Made by a program: the position numbers and the translations under genes
Origin: Promethearchaeia archaeon
GTDB lineage: Archaea; Asgardarchaeota; Lokiarchaeia; Sigyniarchaeales; SOKP01
Assembly (NCBI GenBank): GCA_029856105.1
Contig: JAHQWH010000045.1
Location: 1 to 48,122, forward strand
Reading direction: 5' to 3'
DNA: 48,122 nucleotides
Notes under the pieces: model-generated
Databases searched by the model: none
What the model saw: the letters and a program-made list of their open reading frames with translations, nothing else
What the model was told of the DNA's origin: nothing
Part shown: positions 11,079 through 21,625 of the stretch, in pieces
Position numbering within the stretch: the first letter of the stretch is position 1
Layout of the letters: each line of letters starts with the position of its first letter

Positions 11079-12020
11079 ATGAAAATAAATAAATCTATTT
11101 TTAGAGCGAGAAATATTGCTCATACTTATTCTATCGTGGCAAGAGATCCTAAAACTGGGGAGATGGGAGTTGGCGTCCAGAGTCACTATTTCTCGGTTGG
11201 GAGCATAGTTTCATGGGGCGAATCAGGAGTTGGAGTTGTGGCTACTCAATCGCTCGTAAATGCTTCATTTGGTTTACATGGCCTAGAGCTTTTAAAGCAA
11301 GGAAGATCGCCAAAAGAGGCTTTAGAATCTTTAATATCTGAAGATGAAGGTAGAGATGTAAGACAAGTAGCAATCTTAGACGCTCAAGGTAGAGTTGCGG
11401 CTCATACGGGATCGAAATGTATTATTCACGCAGGTCACATTGAAGGTGACAATTTTTCAGTTCAAGCTAATATGATGCTTACCAATAAAGTCTGGTTAAC
11501 AATGGCTAAAAGTTTTGAATCAAATGTGAATTTGCCCTTAGCTGAAAGAATCATAAAAACAATGGTAGCGGCAGAAACTGTAGGAGGTGATATCAGAGGA
11601 AAACAATCTGCAGCGATTTTAATTGTTGGCGGTAAAGAAGCCAAAAATAAGTGGGAAGATAAAATCATAGATTTAAGAGTCGAAGATCACGAGCAACCCG
11701 TAAAAGAACTCTCAAGATTGTTAAAGCTTCATAGGGCTTACAAACACATGGATAAGGGAGACTTAGCCATAGAACACAACGACATGGAGGAAGCACTCAA
11801 GGAATATGATTCGGCACTAAATTTATTTCCTGAAAACTTAGAAATGAAATTTTGGACCGCCGTATCCTTAGCAAATAATCAAAAATTAAAAGAAGCGTCA
11901 GAGCTATTTAAAACTATTTTTATAAAAGATAACAATTGGCGTTTGCTAACAGAAAGGTTGCCCGAAAGCGGACTATTAAATCTAACTAAAAAAGAGTTGA
12001 AAGACATCTTATCTTTATAA
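11079..12020 (+). CDS. DUF1028 (Ntn-hydrolase-like) protein with C-terminal TPR
   Basis: HTYSIVARDP, GVGVVATQS, GGDIRGKQSAA, DLRVEDH; TPR-like helices at the C-terminus. Confidence 0.9.
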   Translation: MKINKSIFRARNIAHTYSIVARDPKTGEMGVGVQSHYFSVGSIVSWGESGVGVVATQSLVNASFGLHGLELLKQGRSPKEALESLISEDEGRDVRQVAILDAQGRVAAHTGSKCIIHAGHIEGDNFSVQANMMLTNKVWLTMAKSFESNVNLPLAERIIKTMVAAETVGGDIRGKQSAAILIVGGKEAKNKWEDKIIDLRVEDHEQPVKELSRLLKLHRAYKHMDKGDLAIEHNDMEEALKEYDSALNLFPENLEMKFWTAVSLANNQKLKEASELFKTIFIKDNNWRLLTERLPESGLLNLTKKELKDILSL

Positions 12021-12038
12021 TTAAAGGATAAACTACTT

Positions 12039-12560
12039 CTAAATTTGGAATTGATTGTAATAATCGTTTTTATGTATCAAAAAAAACATTGATTTTTTTT
12101 TAAGATTAGTTTCTTTGCGTAAAACATTGCCCATATATTTCATTCCCGACCTTTCAGCAACTTTCCAGCCTCGTGTGTTTCCTTGATCTATATACGCTAC
12201 TATTTTATCTAGTTTAAGCTCTGAAAAAGCGTATTCGAAAATCTTTCTAAGAGATTCTATAGCGTAGCCATTTCCCCAATACTCAGGCTGCAAAAAATAA
12301 TAACATTCCATAGGCATTTTGTCTTCTAAGGTAATTAAACCACAAAAACCTAAAAAATCTCCATTACTTTTAAGTATTAAAGCATAAGAAATTGCTTCTT
12401 CTTGACTTTGATAAGAATCAATAATAATTTTAAACAATCGGTTGAATTTAATAGAGTTCACATCTTTCATAAAACTAACTATGTTATCAAAATCTTCTTG
12501 AGTAAATTGTCTTATCATTAATCTTTTAGTTTCTAAAGTGCTCGGAGTTATAACCGACAA
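12039..12560 (-). CDS. GNAT family N-acetyltransferase (RimJ/RimL-like)
   Basis: LETKRLMIR, YWGNGYAIE, N..GWKVAERSGM. Confidence 0.9.
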   Translation of the reverse strand: MSVITPSTLETKRLMIRQFTQEDFDNIVSFMKDVNSIKFNRLFKIIIDSYQSQEEAISYALILKSNGDFLGFCGLITLEDKMPMECYYFLQPEYWGNGYAIESLRKIFEYAFSELKLDKIVAYIDQGNTRGWKVAERSGMKYMGNVLRKETNLKKKSMFFLIHKNDYYNQFQI

Positions 12561-12628
12561 GAGTTATTAATTATATGGCACTTTTTAATTAATACTTAAT
12601 GCTTGGTCAGAAGTAATTAGTATAACTG

Positions 12629-12865
12629 TTATTCATTAGATTCTAGTTCTTCAGAACCAAAAATATCCAAGAGTTTTCCAGCAAATTTTTTTAACAAACT
12701 TGCTTTCGCTATGGCTATTCCTTTTTTAGAATCGCCGAATATAAGAACTTGATCCCCTGGATTTATGTTGAAATGTTTTCGGGCTTCAATAGGAATTACG
12801 ATTTGTCCTCTTTCGCCAACCTTTACAGAACCATAAAAGTATTTTCCTTTAGTAACTTCAGTCAT
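12629..12865 (-). CDS. AbrB/MazE/SpoVT family DNA-binding protein
   Basis: VKVGERGQIVIP.EARK.FNI.PGD. Confidence 0.92.
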   Translation of the reverse strand: MTEVTKGKYFYGSVKVGERGQIVIPIEARKHFNINPGDQVLIFGDSKKGIAIAKASLLKKFAGKLLDIFGSEELESNE

Positions 12866-12932
12866 GATATCTCAAAATCTAGTTAAATTGGAACTTATAA
12901 TTATTAAAAATTATTCATAAGATTTAAATATT

Positions 12933-12973
12933 TATGAATAATATGATAAGTATGAAATATATGATATTAATGA
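12933..12973. promoter_or_regulatory. putative operator: five (T/A)ATGA units at 9-bp period between divergent AbrB and methyltransferase genes
   Basis: TATGA at 12933, 12942, 12951, 12960 and AATGA at 12969, directly beside the TATA-like TTTAAATA. Confidence 0.55.
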
Positions 12974-12994
12974 ATAAAATATTAGGGATTCATA

Positions 12995-13762
12995 ATGAAT
13001 GAAGAAAAGCCAAAATACGGATGGTATGTCAAGAATTTAATTTTAACTTTTATTTTAGTAGGGTTATTTGGTTTAACTGCTTTTATTATAGGATTAATCC
13101 TTCTAGGAATGCTCGGAGTAATTCTAAGTATCATAGGTATAGCCTTGATGGTACTATTTTTATGGCCGGGAATAGGATTGGCAACAATGAACATTATCTT
13201 AGGTAAAGACGATTCTGAAGTTCGGGGCATGGATATATTAACTAAAATCCAATCTCCGAGGGTATTAGACATAGGATGCGGAACGGGTAGAACGGCAATA
13301 AAAATAGCTAAATCTCTACCAAAAGGAGGTCAACTTAACGGTATAGATATATATAATGTTAATGCAATATCGGGTAATTCTCTCGCTACGGTTAATCGAA
13401 ATGCGGAATTAGAAGGAGTAAGTGATAAAAGTACATTTCAATTCGGTTCTGCAACGGAAATACCTTTTGAAGACAATGAATTTCATATCGTAAACTTATC
13501 TTCAGTACTTCACGAGGTACACGATTATGAGGATAAAGAAAGGGCAATGAAAGAGATTCACCGGGTGTTAAAACCAAAAGGCATTTTATTTGTAGGTGAA
13601 TGGAATCGATATTCTTGGCAATTAATATTATACTCTGGGATATGCTGCATCGTGTTTAAAAGAAAAAAGTTTTGGGATGATTTAATTAGGAAGCAAGGGT
13701 TCACGATACTCAATTACGAAAATCTTGTGGGATATGGATTGTTCACTGCTCAAAAAAAATAA
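12995..13762 (+). CDS. membrane-anchored class I SAM-dependent methyltransferase
   Basis: Two N-terminal TMs; VLDIGCGTG, IPFEDNEF, EIHRVLKPKG. Confidence 0.9.
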   Translation: MNEEKPKYGWYVKNLILTFILVGLFGLTAFIIGLILLGMLGVILSIIGIALMVLFLWPGIGLATMNIILGKDDSEVRGMDILTKIQSPRVLDIGCGTGRTAIKIAKSLPKGGQLNGIDIYNVNAISGNSLATVNRNAELEGVSDKSTFQFGSATEIPFEDNEFHIVNLSSVLHEVHDYEDKERAMKEIHRVLKPKGILFVGEWNRYSWQLILYSGICCIVFKRKKFWDDLIRKQGFTILNYENLVGYGLFTAQKK

Positions 13763-13801
13763 TTTCTATTATTTTTTCTTTTTATTGTTCAATATTCCTG
13801 A

Positions 13802-14185
13802 TTAGTCAATTAAAAGCTTTAATCCTTGCACGAGTTGTTTCGGAGTAATACCATATAAGAAGGCTAAATGGAGCGTCTTAACGTCGTTTTCAATATTAGC
13901 AACGTCCTTATTTAGAGCTTTGTATTCTTCTGCAATCTCTTTTAACTTCGAATATGAAGTTTCTTTGGAATCACTTAATAATCCAAAATTCCCCCCGAAC
14001 GCAGTAAACATATTATGAATTAATTCCATTTCTTTATCAGAAAACGATCTTGAGCAATCTTCACAAACTATTCTAAAGGACATTCCAATCTTTTTAATCT
14101 TAAAATTAGATTGGGATTTATTTTGGCAAAGAACGCATCTAACAGAGCTAAGTTTTTTCTTATCTCTTACAACAGGCGTTATCAT
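13802..14185 (-). CDS. zinc-finger protein, paralogue of 32445-32822
   Basis: CxxC...CxxC, FSDKEMELIHNMFTAFGGNFG, GITP shared with the paralogue. Confidence 0.7.
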   Translation of the reverse strand: MITPVVRDKKKLSSVRCVLCQNKSQSNFKIKKIGMSFRIVCEDCSRSFSDKEMELIHNMFTAFGGNFGLLSDSKETSYSKLKEIAEEYKALNKDVANIENDVKTLHLAFLYGITPKQLVQGLKLLID

Positions 14186-14312
14186 AAAATTGAGATTAAT
14201 CTTGCATATTTAAACAAAAATTTTAAGCAAAAAATTTCAATAGATAAGCAAGATACAAAAATATTTAAACCTTTACTTTTTTGTCAAAAGACTTGTCTAT
14301 TAATCTAAGGAT

Positions 14313-15467
14313 CTACAGGATTGTTTCTAAATCATCTAATTTTTTTAAGAGCCAACTTTTAAACTCTTGAAAGTTTTCTACTGAAGGTATTGGTTCTATA
14401 GTAACTTTTACGCTCTCACTCTTGATATTTATAGTAGGGTTAATCGGTTTATGCAGAGTAGTATTAGCATGTTTGTTTTCTTCCTTGACATCGGGTAAAT
14501 AAGCAATTGGGATTTTTAACTTGTCGAAAATTATTTGGAAATCTAAAAGATCGTTCTCGTTAGTTTGAGTCTTAGTATCTATCATTTGAACCCATTTAGA
14601 CACGAAATCGGGGGGGATTCCTTTTTCCCAGTGGTGGTTCCGCAAATAATTATACAGTTTTTTAGGGTAGAAAAGCTGTTCTACATCCAAATTAGCGGGA
14701 TTTACTTTATCAAAGCGATAATTGTGAAGTAATTGTATGAATTCTTTCCCGATTTTCCTGTTAGTTTTCAAAATAAACTCGTATTCGAAAGAAAAATCTT
14801 TTAGCGGTTTAGAAGACTTTTTTTTGGGCATTTTTTTTGGTCTTTCGAATTTGGGTATTTGGATCTTAAAATATGAACTAGTAAAAGTTAAAATCTTGTC
14901 CCAGAAAATCTGATCGTAATCGCGCATAAGTTTGGGAAGATTATCCGCGTTATTCTTATTATTTAAATCTACGAAGATTTTTGTTGCTACGCTTTTAATT
15001 TTAAGAATTTCATCTAATAATATTTGCTCGTTTTGAGAAGTTTGGATTAGATGTTGCTCAAAAGACAAATTCACTCTTTCCGGCGCGTAATTGAGAAAAG
15101 AATTGTTCTTTTTGTTGTAAAAAATAAATTTATGGCCATTTGCTAAATGCTCTACATTCTCGTGCGTGTTGATTACACAGTGGATGTTAGGGGCTTCCAA
15201 TAAGATTTTAATATCTTCAATTTTTGCATTCAATATATAATAAAATGTAGGTTGCTGAGAATAGGAGCTACTATCTTCAAACTCAATGATCTCGCGAAGG
15301 TTATGTAACACAGTAGAATCTAAATCAACTACTTCGTACCCTACAGTAAAGCAATCTATCGAATGAATGTGTTTCAAATCGACGTAAGGATATATTACCA
15401 AGTTTTTTTGCTGAAAGAATAAAATGTTTAAAAATTCTGGTGATATGAAATCGTATATAGTATCCAT
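14313..15467 (-). CDS. hypothetical protein, third gene of the mglB-mglA operon
   Basis: 384-aa ORF with GGAG RBS, 30 nt downstream of the mglA-like gene. Confidence 0.75.
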   Translation of the reverse strand: MDTIYDFISPEFLNILFFQQKNLVIYPYVDLKHIHSIDCFTVGYEVVDLDSTVLHNLREIIEFEDSSSYSQQPTFYYILNAKIEDIKILLEAPNIHCVINTHENVEHLANGHKFIFYNKKNNSFLNYAPERVNLSFEQHLIQTSQNEQILLDEILKIKSVATKIFVDLNNKNNADNLPKLMRDYDQIFWDKILTFTSSYFKIQIPKFERPKKMPKKKSSKPLKDFSFEYEFILKTNRKIGKEFIQLLHNYRFDKVNPANLDVEQLFYPKKLYNYLRNHHWEKGIPPDFVSKWVQMIDTKTQTNENDLLDFQIIFDKLKIPIAYLPDVKEENKHANTTLHKPINPTINIKSESVKVTIEPIPSVENFQEFKSWLLKKLDDLETIL

Positions 15468-15497
15468 AATTCGTCTAATTCTCCTAAATTGTTGAAT

Positions 15498-16151
15498 TTA
15501 TATCCTAAAATAGTTGAAAATTACTTGGATCATTAAGTCTTTAAAACATCTCCGAACACTATCTCCTTTTAAAGCTACAGTTGGGTACACTACTGGCGCT
15601 CCATCATCAAATTCATCGGATTGTGGGAGTCCTAACTCCGCTTTAAAAGCCTTTAGAGAAATGGCATTCTCCAAATCTCTCTTATTTAGTTGTATTACAT
15701 ATGGAATCCCCTTACCGTGAGTGAAACTACTTAGTTCTCGAAAGCTTCGCTTGTTTTGTTCCATCTTTTCGGGGTCGGAATCAGCTACGAACACTACGCC
15801 GTCAGCACCATCCAATACGTATTCTCGCGTAGATAAAAAACGTTCTTGTCCTGTTGCCGTAACGATTTGCGCAATAATGTTGAATTTGATCTCTTTAAGA
15901 TTAAAATAAAAAGTAAGTCGTATTGAATCTTGCCATAAAGTTCTGCCATCAGTCGTTTCTATGGAATATCCCGCATTTAATTTAACTCCATCGAACTTTT
16001 CTCGCAGCCTAAAATAATTGGTTGTCTTACCTGACTCCCCAGGACCCCAATACACAATTTTGAACTGAAGCACTTCTTTTAACGCGTTAAAACCCGATTC
16101 ACTATTGATTACTGCTTTTTTTTTCTCATCTTTCTTGGAATCTACAATCAT
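15498..16151 (-). CDS. mglA: MglA-family small GTPase
   Basis: KIVYWGPGESGKTTN, GRTLWQD, TATGQ, DGVVFVADS, NKRD. Confidence 0.88.
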   Translation of the reverse strand: MIVDSKKDEKKKAVINSESGFNALKEVLQFKIVYWGPGESGKTTNYFRLREKFDGVKLNAGYSIETTDGRTLWQDSIRLTFYFNLKEIKFNIIAQIVTATGQERFLSTREYVLDGADGVVFVADSDPEKMEQNKRSFRELSSFTHGKGIPYVIQLNKRDLENAISLKAFKAELGLPQSDEFDDGAPVVYPTVALKGDSVRRCFKDLMIQVIFNYFRI

Positions 16152-16177
16152 ATTTCACGCTACTCCTCTAATTGTAA

Positions 16178-16711
16178 TTAAGCTGATTGAAATACTTTCT
16201 TTTTTAATTCTCTAAGGTATTCTTTCAACTCATGTTCGCTCATTTGAAGTTTGGTCATAATTGTTTGATTTTTAGTGATAGCTTCTTTAATTTTATGCGA
16301 GAATTTTCTCATTTGCAAAATAAGTACGCCAATATTTACCATATTATCAACTAATAAAACCACGAGGATCTCTCGTTTTCCTTTTTTATGAAGTATTACA
16401 TCTCCAATTGATTTAACGTAAAGCTGCAAATCTTTATATATAAGCGTCGCTCTTATTAACGAATCTGTTTCAAAAAAGTCTTGCGCTTGGCGAGCAACAC
16501 CGAATAACGCAGCGCCGATTGAGCTTAAATCCCAATAATTTAACTTACGATCGAATCTAGAGTCGATTGCTATGATTTTTGCATCTTGATCAATTGCAAT
16601 AAGCCCATATATGTATCCTCTTCTAGTTAACATTCCGTAACTATAACGGATTTCGTCTAAAACAATTGTTATTTCGTTTTCATACAAAGCTTTAGGAACA
16701 AATAAAGTCAT
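16178..16711 (-). CDS. MglB-like roadblock/LC7 protein
   Basis: LIAIDQDAKII, LSSIGAALFGVA, VNIGVL roadblock pattern; immediately upstream of mglA. Confidence 0.75.
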   Translation of the reverse strand: MTLFVPKALYENEITIVLDEIRYSYGMLTRRGYIYGLIAIDQDAKIIAIDSRFDRKLNYWDLSSIGAALFGVARQAQDFFETDSLIRATLIYKDLQLYVKSIGDVILHKKGKREILVVLLVDNMVNIGVLILQMRKFSHKIKEAITKNQTIMTKLQMSEHELKEYLRELKKKVFQSA

Positions 16712-16821
16712 TTTCTTCTAACACCTAATTATTTATTGATAGAAAAGAAATAGTCTAGGACAATATAAAGGAAAAAATCTAAAAAATAATTATTGGGTTT
16801 AAAAACATAATTTCCGATTAT

Positions 16822-17664
16822 TTGGTAACACTTACGATTATTATTATGATCGAATCGAAGAAAAAAGAATCAGAATCGTTTGAACATATAAAAATAAAGG
16901 ATTTTTTTTACGATAACCTCCCACTTAATAACAATGTAAAAAAGATTAAACTAGAATATCCGATTGGCAATCGAATAGCCGATGTATATTGCAAGCTAGA
17001 GAATGGAAAAGATGTGGTAGTTGAAATTCAGCATTCAATGATTCTTTCCAAAGATTTACTCCAACGCACTAGAGAGTATAACGATCATAATTGCTATGTT
17101 TTATGGGTTTTTAACGGGAGTTCTTTTGAGAGATTACCTGAGATCGAAGATAAAATACGGATTTTAGGTTTTGAAAGAAGTTCTCATTTATTGTATCGCG
17201 GGCGCGTGTATTATATCAACATGACAAAAACAGGAGTCCATAGCTCCGTGTATCCTCTACATTTTGCTAATTATTATGAAGGTAAAATTTCTGATTACGG
17301 ATTTCGCTATTATAAAAAGTCCAAAACCAAAAAAAGCGTGGTTCCAAGCGATATTCCGTCTCTTAAGCTAAAATTATTTAAAAACAAGGGATATAAATTA
17401 GCAGGATTTCACGACGATAATGTTCGAAAGACTTGTACCGAGATTCTAAGCCAATTCTTAATAGATTACGAGAATGTTGAAGATAAAGTTAAAAAAGTTA
17501 AAAAAATGAAGTCTCATCAAAAAAAATTATTCATAATCATCGCTATGTTCGGGCGACAATTTGGATTATATTTGCTCTTTGACGCGTTAAGACGCCTTAA
17601 AGTGGTCGGCAAAGAAGACTTTCATTACATGAAAGTAAGCTATATTTATTTGATGAAATCATAA
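16822..17664 (+). CDS. CoiA-like PD-(D/E)XK nuclease
   Basis: ES..H..IK, LEY.IG.RIADV, VEIQHS, QRT.EY...YVLWVF match the CoiA nuclease pattern. Confidence 0.75.
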   Translation: MVTLTIIIMIESKKKESESFEHIKIKDFFYDNLPLNNNVKKIKLEYPIGNRIADVYCKLENGKDVVVEIQHSMILSKDLLQRTREYNDHNCYVLWVFNGSSFERLPEIEDKIRILGFERSSHLLYRGRVYYINMTKTGVHSSVYPLHFANYYEGKISDYGFRYYKKSKTKKSVVPSDIPSLKLKLFKNKGYKLAGFHDDNVRKTCTEILSQFLIDYENVEDKVKKVKKMKSHQKKLFIIIAMFGRQFGLYLLFDALRRLKVVGKEDFHYMKVSYIYLMKS

Positions 17665-17983
17665 AATTGAAATAAAGGCTAATTGCCAAATATAATACTA
17701 TTTATATTAAAAAATCTTTTCCCTCAATTCATAGGACAAAAAGGAAAAGAAATTAACTTTATTTCTGAATTTGCCTTTTCCATTAACTAACATGGAAAAA
17801 ATATAAAACGGGTTAAATGTTTAGAAAAGATTTAAATATAAAAATTATTATATCTAGATTTGTATTATTTTTTTACAAAAAAGGCGTATTTAAGAAAAAC
17901 ATTACGGCAGTGAAAGATTAATAAGAATAATACAAATTTAACAAAATTGGTTAAAAATATTAAAGAGTTTTAATTAGGATAAC

Positions 17984-18496
17984 ATGCTTGACGCAATTTT
18001 TAAGATCGTTATTTTCGGTGATGCAGGTTGTGGAAAAACAACATTAACAAAAAGATTTAAGACAGATTTATTCATATCAGATTCTCAGATGACTATCGGA
18101 GTTGATTTTGAAACTAAAATCTTTGATGTTGATGGAAAAAAGGTAAAGTTAATGATCTGGGATTTCGGTGGCGAGGAGAGATTTCGATTCATCTTACCTA
18201 AATATATAATTGGTGCTATGGGAGGGATATTAATGTATGATGTTACAAATTATCCCTCTCTTGCTCACATTGACAATTGGTTATCCATTATAAATGGTAG
18301 AAAGGAACAAATTCCACTTCTTTTACTTGGCGGTAAAGCGGATTTAGATAAAATTAGAGAAATTTCTTTTAAAGACGGAAAAAAAATTGCTAAAGTAAAG
18401 GGATTTAGCGGTTTTACGGAATGCTCTAGCAAGACGGGTGAAAACGTAGAAAAATCGTTTGAAAATTTAACAAGAATAATGTTAAGTAGATTTTAA
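17984..18496 (+). CDS. Rab-like small GTPase
   Basis: GDAGCGKT, TIGVDF, WDFGGEERF, GKAD, SSK; no C-terminal prenylation motif. Confidence 0.93.
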   Translation: MLDAIFKIVIFGDAGCGKTTLTKRFKTDLFISDSQMTIGVDFETKIFDVDGKKVKLMIWDFGGEERFRFILPKYIIGAMGGILMYDVTNYPSLAHIDNWLSIINGRKEQIPLLLLGGKADLDKIREISFKDGKKIAKVKGFSGFTECSSKTGENVEKSFENLTRIMLSRF

Positions 18497-18596
18497 CTTA
18501 AATCTGCTTTTATTAATATAATAAGCTATTTTATTTGTAGATGTAAATAAATTTTAAAATTGATATAAAATTTCATTTTTGTTTTAATAAAATTTT

Positions 18597-19277
18597 TCAA
18601 TGCTTGTTTTTAAACACGTAACAATCCAGAACTAATAGAAAAGCTATAATTGAGTAGTACAAAATCCATTCGATTATAGGGATTGCAATGGCGCAATTTA
18701 AGACGAATAAAGCGAGTGGAACTATCAACCCGAATGCGCCCAACTTTTTCAAAGCGCACTTATGAGATAAAACTATGTTTAGCGAGAAAAAGAAGATAGA
18801 AACGACTATACCGCTAAAAGCGAAAAAAGCAGAAATTCCGTGGTATATTTGTCTAGGACCGGCTCGATCCAAGCTAAAAAATCCTACGAAAACTAGCCCA
18901 AGGTTGCCAACAACGCCTGAAACTAACCCAATTTTCGCAAATAACAGCGAATGCTTCGAGTTTTTGTACCGAACTTTTAGTTTTATGCTAAAACTAACGG
19001 TGACCGGCACACTGATTAAACCTGCGAACACGCAAAAAGTGTCGTGCAACCACGAAAAAGGAAATACGGCTTCGCGCCCGAGGTCGCTGATGTAGTGGGT
19101 GAAAACGCTGTAACCGAAAAAATAAGCTGTTATTATGCTAGTAAAAAGGCAAAACGCGTAAAAAAAGCTTCCGTACAACAAAATCTTGTTTAGACGCTCG
19201 ATTATTCTCTCTTTTGAACGCTTTTTTGTTCCTAACTCGAAATTTATGTCAGATTTTAATCTTTGCTCGGTTATCAC
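18597..19277 (-). CDS. DUF998-family membrane protein
   Basis: YSVFTHYISDLG, VGFF...YHG, multiple TMs. Confidence 0.75.
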   Translation of the reverse strand: MITEQRLKSDINFELGTKKRSKERIIERLNKILLYGSFFYAFCLFTSIITAYFFGYSVFTHYISDLGREAVFPFSWLHDTFCVFAGLISVPVTVSFSIKLKVRYKNSKHSLLFAKIGLVSGVVGNLGLVFVGFFSLDRAGPRQIYHGISAFFAFSGIVVSIFFFSLNIVLSHKCALKKLGAFGLIVPLALFVLNCAIAIPIIEWILYYSIIAFLLVLDCYVFKNKH

Positions 19278-19379
19278 GCTATCTAACCCATTAATTTGAA
19301 AAAAAATATCTATTCGATAAAACTAATCTCGATTATATAAATAAAAAAATTAAAGCGAACCTTTTGATAGGATATTTAC

Positions 19380-20309
19380 CTATAAAATTTTTAAGGTAGA
19401 ATTTTTAGTAAAGACCAACTCTTTTTCAGAAGTATAGGAGTTTTCCTTGACGGTCAAATTGGTTATGGAAACGCAATCACCTTCGCTTACCAACTTCAAG
19501 CACTCGATCGCTTCCATACCCCAGATTTTCACGCGTATCACGAAAGACTCGATGTCTAAAAGTAAAGCAAGTAAAAATGATTTATCGCCCGATTTTAACT
19601 CTAACTCTTTAAAATATTCTATTTTAACCTGCCCTTTTACCGAACTGACAAACTTGTTTTGAAGGATAAATTCTTTTAAGCTTTCTCTTGGAACCGTTTT
19701 GTAACTTTTCTCATGGGTTTGGTCGATATTTACTGACTCGAGCTTGTCTTTCGCTCTTTGGCTAAGGTCTTTAGGGGAAAGAACTAACTTTCCTTTCCTT
19801 CCGAGGTGAACTTCGAGGTTCTCGCTTTTCCCAGCTTTCGAATAACCCCCTATTAGGCGAATGAGCTCGTTTACCCGAAAGAATTCGGTTTTCGCCGCCT
19901 TCGCGTGGTCGTCCCATAAGACGATTTTAACCGTTTTGGTTGAGTCGGCCAACAAGAAGGAAAAAACTGCGCCCGTAGAACCGTCTTTTCTCGCAAAGTC
20001 TCGGGTCCGGAAAACCTTAATTATTTTACCTAACAACACTATGTTGGTCATACCCTCTTTAACTTCCGATATATCGATTGTGAAATCGTCGTAATCAATC
20101 TCTTCTTCAATCTCTTTATACGATTGCTCATTATTATCGGACGATTGAAGATAGATACCGTTTTCTTTAGCGATTATAAATAAAATACCTTGTTTTGACA
20201 TAAATCCGCCAAATTCTTTCGCTTTACTTTGAACCTGTCTCTCTAATTCTTCTTCTGAGAACCCAGATTCTAATAATTTTTGATACAAATCGTCTATAGA
20301 AGCGCTCAT
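19380..20309 (-). CDS. replication protein A-like ssDNA-binding protein (N-terminal helical domain + two OB folds)
   Basis: KEFGGFMS..G.LFIIAKE.G; RDFARKDGS.G.V, LADST.TVKIVLW; second OB fold RVKIWG. Confidence 0.88.
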   Translation of the reverse strand: MSASIDDLYQKLLESGFSEEELERQVQSKAKEFGGFMSKQGILFIIAKENGIYLQSSDNNEQSYKEIEEEIDYDDFTIDISEVKEGMTNIVLLGKIIKVFRTRDFARKDGSTGAVFSFLLADSTKTVKIVLWDDHAKAAKTEFFRVNELIRLIGGYSKAGKSENLEVHLGRKGKLVLSPKDLSQRAKDKLESVNIDQTHEKSYKTVPRESLKEFILQNKFVSSVKGQVKIEYFKELELKSGDKSFLLALLLDIESFVIRVKIWGMEAIECLKLVSEGDCVSITNLTVKENSYTSEKELVFTKNSTLKIL

Positions 20310-20445
20310 TTTCCTACTTATTCCTACTTTAACTAATTATACAATTTAGTATAAATTCAAATTAGAGTTTTAATTATTTAAACAAAAAAATTAAAATCAA
20401 GTTGTAAATGAATTTCTTAAAAGAAAAGAATAATTTGATAATTAT

Positions 20446-20925
20446 ATGCCCATAATAGATTCTTCATCCGAAAAAAGTGAAATTATTGAAGCGCTAAACG
20501 ATTTACTCTTAAAATATAGAGAGCTAACCGAAAATGGCGTTGTTTTCAAACTTAAAAAGGAAAAAAGCCCTTTAGAACTTCTTGGCGTATTAGATTTTTT
20601 AAAAGACAAAATTCAGAGATGGGGAAACGATAGTATATTTACCTATTGTGCTAATTTATTTGAAGACTTTAACGTCATAACTATTGGAACAGAAAACATT
20701 GAAAAAGCAAAAGAACTAATAATTTCTGTTTTTCTTTCCGACCTTATTAAGAATGAAGATGAGGGCGGATTTGAGGTCATTTTTAAAAACGTAAACACGT
20801 TTAACGAGTTTGAAGAATGGCTGAAAAATGAAATCTCAAAAGGCATATCAAATGGATACCCTCCAGATCCAGAAGCAACAAAAGAATTAAAAAAACACTT
20901 AGAGAATATCTTAAAGGAAATTTAA
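20446..20925 (+). CDS. hypothetical protein
   Basis: 159-aa ORF. Confidence 0.7.
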   Translation: MPIIDSSSEKSEIIEALNDLLLKYRELTENGVVFKLKKEKSPLELLGVLDFLKDKIQRWGNDSIFTYCANLFEDFNVITIGTENIEKAKELIISVFLSDLIKNEDEGGFEVIFKNVNTFNEFEEWLKNEISKGISNGYPPDPEATKELKKHLENILKEI

Positions 20926-21049
20926 AAACAAAATTGAATAAAAATTTAATGCAAATTAACTCGACATAATTCACATCTCAACAACCAAAATCGCAATATA
21001 AAAATTACTAATTGTAGATAGTCTTTACAATTAATATGTTGAGGGCAAT

Positions 21050-21259
21050 ATGATCGATATGGAAAAACCGGCATCTTATTACGATTGGGAAAACAATTTT
21101 AAGAAGTCTTCCAATAAACGCAAAAACGAGCCAAAAGAAGCGAGGGTCGTTAATTCAATCGGGCTTCCAGATGATTTTTTTAAAAATTATCTAAAAATGT
21201 GGAAGTATAATTATCTTTTTAAAGACAAATTCGATCCCCATAGTCATCGCATCCTCTAA
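21050..21259 (+). CDS. small hypothetical protein
   Basis: GAGGG RBS, 69-aa ORF, T-tract downstream. Confidence 0.55.
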   Translation: MIDMEKPASYYDWENNFKKSSNKRKNEPKEARVVNSIGLPDDFFKNYLKMWKYNYLFKDKFDPHSHRIL

Positions 21260-21355
21260 CCAATTTTTTTGTCTCTAAAAGTAGTATGAGTATAACAGTT
21301 TTTTAATTCGTTATGATGAAGTAAAAGCGTAAAGATTCGTTATTAAATTTAATAA

Positions 21356-21625
21356 TCAATCTTCATCCTCTACGATAACCGCAGTTCCATTGTAATTCAG
21401 ATTTTCATCTCTAATTTCAAATCGAACGCCGTTAATTGCATTAGCTCCTAGCTTATGAGTAATTTTTTTCAATTTATCTGGAGCCTTAACTCTAAATTGT
21501 GCATTTTTTAGGAGGCTCTTAGAATTACATTTGGTTTTCACTTTGCCTAATGTTTTAGTAATCTTTTTTCCTGGAACATCATTAGTATCACTAATTAATA
21601 CATCTTCCCAGGCTTTTTTTCCCAT
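21356..21625 (-). CDS. YbjQ/heavy-metal-binding domain protein
   Basis: ISDTNDVPGKKITKTLG, LGANAINGVRF, GTAV. Confidence 0.8.
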   Translation of the reverse strand: MGKKAWEDVLISDTNDVPGKKITKTLGKVKTKCNSKSLLKNAQFRVKAPDKLKKITHKLGANAINGVRFEIRDENLNYNGTAVIVEDED

